Assembly: GCA_004431415.1 (NCBI GenBank)
Contig: QPMI01000477.1
Span: 1 to 64,000 of the forward strand
From: Cyanophora paradoxa CCMP329
Lineage: Eukaryota > Plantae > Glaucophyta
DNA: 64,000 nt
Direction: 5' to 3'
Shown here: piece after piece, positions 61,630 to 64,000 of the stretch
How positions within the stretch are numbered: position 1 is the stretch's first letter
Layout of the letters: each line of letters begins with the position of its first letter
The notes under the pieces: generated by a model
Databases searched by the model: none
Told to the model about the DNA's origin: nothing
The model's input: only the letters and a program-made list of their open reading frames with translations
Translations under genes and position numbers: made by a program

Positions 61630-61714
61630 GTAACCGTTGAACGCGCGCGTACCGTACGTTCGTTATAATTAACTTAAGTAACTTCGATCGGATCCCGGAT
61701 GAAATACCGTAGTA

Positions 61715-61991
61715 CCGTAAAACACTTATAAGTAATGCGCCGGTAAGTAATGCGTTTTTGGACCCGGACCCCCAGTACGGTTAATTATGCGCCCCCGAAT
61801 TAATGCGTTTTGAAGCCTTCTGGCAGCGTTATAGCCTAGTAGGGGGGTACATGCCGCAGTTCTCTTAGCGCCGGCTTAGCGCTTAAGCTTCGATATTAAT
61901 GCGCCCCCAAATTAATGCGTTTTGTCAGCGGAAAACGCATTATTTCGGGACCGCATTACTTAAGTGCCCGCATTACTTAAGTGTTTTACGG
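61715..61991. mobile_element. CCGT-TIR MITE with TAATGCG subterminal repeats
   Basis: CCGTAAAACACTTA...TAAGTGTTTTACGG. Confidence 0.75.
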
Positions 61992-62094
61992 TCCCGGGTA
62001 TTCGAACGGAATCGGAATTTTCGGAAGTTCAATAATCTTCAATCGACTGTGTCTTTTGGAAAAGAACACTGTCACTGATCGATCGATATCCGAT

Positions 62095-62599
62095 TAGGGC
62101 TGTCGCGGTACGGCGCGGTAGCGGTAGACTGGTCCTACCGACCGGCCCGGTAGACTTGCCCGGTCTACCGTCATACAAGCCCGGTAGCCATACAAATTCG
62201 CCCGTTGGGGGGTAGCCGGGCGCGCCCCGGGCACCCGGACTCCCGGGCCTCCCGGCCGCCGGGCCGCCGCGCCGGGCCCGCGCACCGCCGCGCGCCGCAC
62301 CGCCGGCGCCCGCGCCGCACATCACTCTGCGCCAAGGTCATGGCTGACAACCACCCCGCACTTCCTCACAACTGGGGCTCCTCACCCCGCGGCCGCAAGC
62401 ACAAGCTGTAGATGCGCAAAGTAGCGTGTAAACAGTTTAGGCGCGTAGCGCCTTGGAGCTTGACGAATTTTAGCTTGATTTTGCGTCAGTTTTCGCGTAC
62501 TATGCGTGCCAGCCGTGACCTACCGGGCGTACCCGGTCGGTACGGGTCAGAGAGGTCTACCGACCGGGTAGAGGGGGGGGGTCTACCGTGACAGCCCTA
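62095..62599. mobile_element. hAT-type MITE
   Basis: TIR TAGGGCTGTC(G/A)CGGTA; 8-bp TSD TATCCGAT at 62087-62094 and 62600-62607. Confidence 0.9.
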
Positions 62600-62772
62600 T
62601 ATCCGATGATCGCGAGTCAAAAACCATAAAACCTCCCGGGTCCGAAATCCGGCTAGCGCAGCAGCTGCCAGTGCAGCGCGCGCTCCCGTCGCCTCCCGAC
62701 TCGGCGAGTCCCGACTCCCGGGTCCCGAGTCCCGACTCCCGAGCCTCGGAGTCCCGACTCCCGACTCGCCGC

Positions 62773-63364
62773 CAGTGATGGCATTTTTTCTAGAAACATT
62801 TCTAAAAACAATTTCGAAATCAATTTCGAAATTGTTTCCGAAAAGGTCCCGAGAGACCCCCCTAATTAGGAATTGTTTCTAATAAAGGGGGGTACCCTCG
62901 TTTTGCCACATTCTGCGCGAAACACGGCGAAACAACGCAATAAAATGATAGGAAACGTGATAGAAAGGTTATATAACACGATAGGAGTCTATCGTAGACG
63001 TCTAGAACCGGAACTCAGCCGCCAACAAGGCTTGCAGGGGGTACGAGGTGTGAATTTCCCTTTTGTACTGTCGCATGTTCTGATGATCCGGAAGACACGA
63101 AACTGGACTGTTACCAATAAGGAAAGCATAAGAAGGTTAAAGGGAGCGTCAGGCATCAGCAGAAGGGCCCTCGGGAGGGGCCCCTGATTTCGGAAATATT
63201 CCAAAGAATTAATATCTCTCGTTTAGACGCTTATTTGCCAAAGAATACAGTGCTTTTGCGGTGCTTGGAATGTTTTCTATGGTGCAAATATTTGCACAAT
63301 CTTTTCCAAAGCTTGCAGAAAGTTTTCAGGGCAATTTTGGGGGAGTAAACTTTACCCAACACTG
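62773..63364. mobile_element. Possible old hAT non-autonomous element
   Basis: Ends CAGTGATGG...CCAACACTG around an AT-richer core; no clear TSD. Confidence 0.35.
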
Positions 63365-64000
63365 CTCTGGCCATGGGCTACTACTGGCAGGCTGTGGGCC
63401 TGTGGCAGGCACTGGCAGCAACTTGGCAACGTGCAACGTTAACGGCGGCAGCTGCAGCTGCGCATGCAGGCTGCAGCAACGGCGGCAGCACCGGTACCGT
63501 GGCACACCGGTACCGCTGGACGTCCGACGGTCCGACGGTCTCCGACCGTCGTACTTCAGTACGCGTCTAGCCGCCGAGCTCTCATAGTATAGCCTAGAAT
63601 CTGCATGCGCACCAGCATGCAGATTTGTTCGTCGCAGATGGCACCAGCAAGTCTGCGCACAAGTCTGGCAAGCATTAATATTAGTTTCAGCATTGTTCTC
63701 GTGAGCTTCGTGCTCGCTGTCAACGTTGTCGGGCTCGAAACCTCTGCAGCTGTACAGGCTGCAGGCCTAGGTAGCGCTGCTCGTGGACAGGATTTCTGTC
63801 CCCACAACGTTAACGAGACATCAACGGCCGCGTACTTCTCGAGCGTTCATGATCACCTATATGCAAGCGATCCTGATCATGATCAGGAAGTTGAAGTCGC
63901 GGCGCGGGCTTTCAGCAGCAAGGCGCACTCCGGATCCATTCCTGCACCATCCATATCACGCTCTGCACTTCAAGGGCTTCCTCGAGCTCCGGTGAAGCGG

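Overview
Eukaryotic, GC-rich, intron-dense protist/algal-type genomic DNA; the style recalls the glaucophyte Cyanophora, but that is only an inference. (1) 1-14287 is the right-hand part of an AT-rich endogenous Polinton-like virus (PLV). It carries a major capsid protein, two head-to-head minor capsid (penton-like) genes, a patatin-discoidin fusion, a long HxH-repeat fibre with a lectin-like tip, four paralogous fibre genes sharing one N-terminal anchor, a phage-type small fibre partner, a Zn-ribbon repeat fragment, a prokaryote-type AdoMet decarboxylase, origin-like hairpins and a terminal 28-bp inverted repeat. It is inserted into a host tandem LamG-repeat gene. Many viral genes are broken by 1-nt indels that look like long-read errors. 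(2) 14.3-64 kb is host DNA: LamG repeats, three U25/snR56-type C/D snoRNAs, ferrochelatase, a C2 protein, a DHHC palmitoyltransferase, a hemerythrin-domain protein, a LENG8/SAC3-family protein, an F-box/LRR protein, a damaged importin-alpha and a probable 2OG-Fe(II) oxygenase. (3) Mobile DNA: a full-length L1/Tx1-type LINE with an 11-bp TSD; a 2.7-kb TSD-flanked chimera in which a viral PolA-like (TVpol) fragment is fused to a LINE 3' end; several hAT and Tc1/pogo MITEs. Most striking signals: the modular fibre array, the LINE-mediated capture of viral DNA, CpG in the PLV surviving almost only as CGA/TCG, and X-revcomp(X)-X micro-insertions in host DNA.
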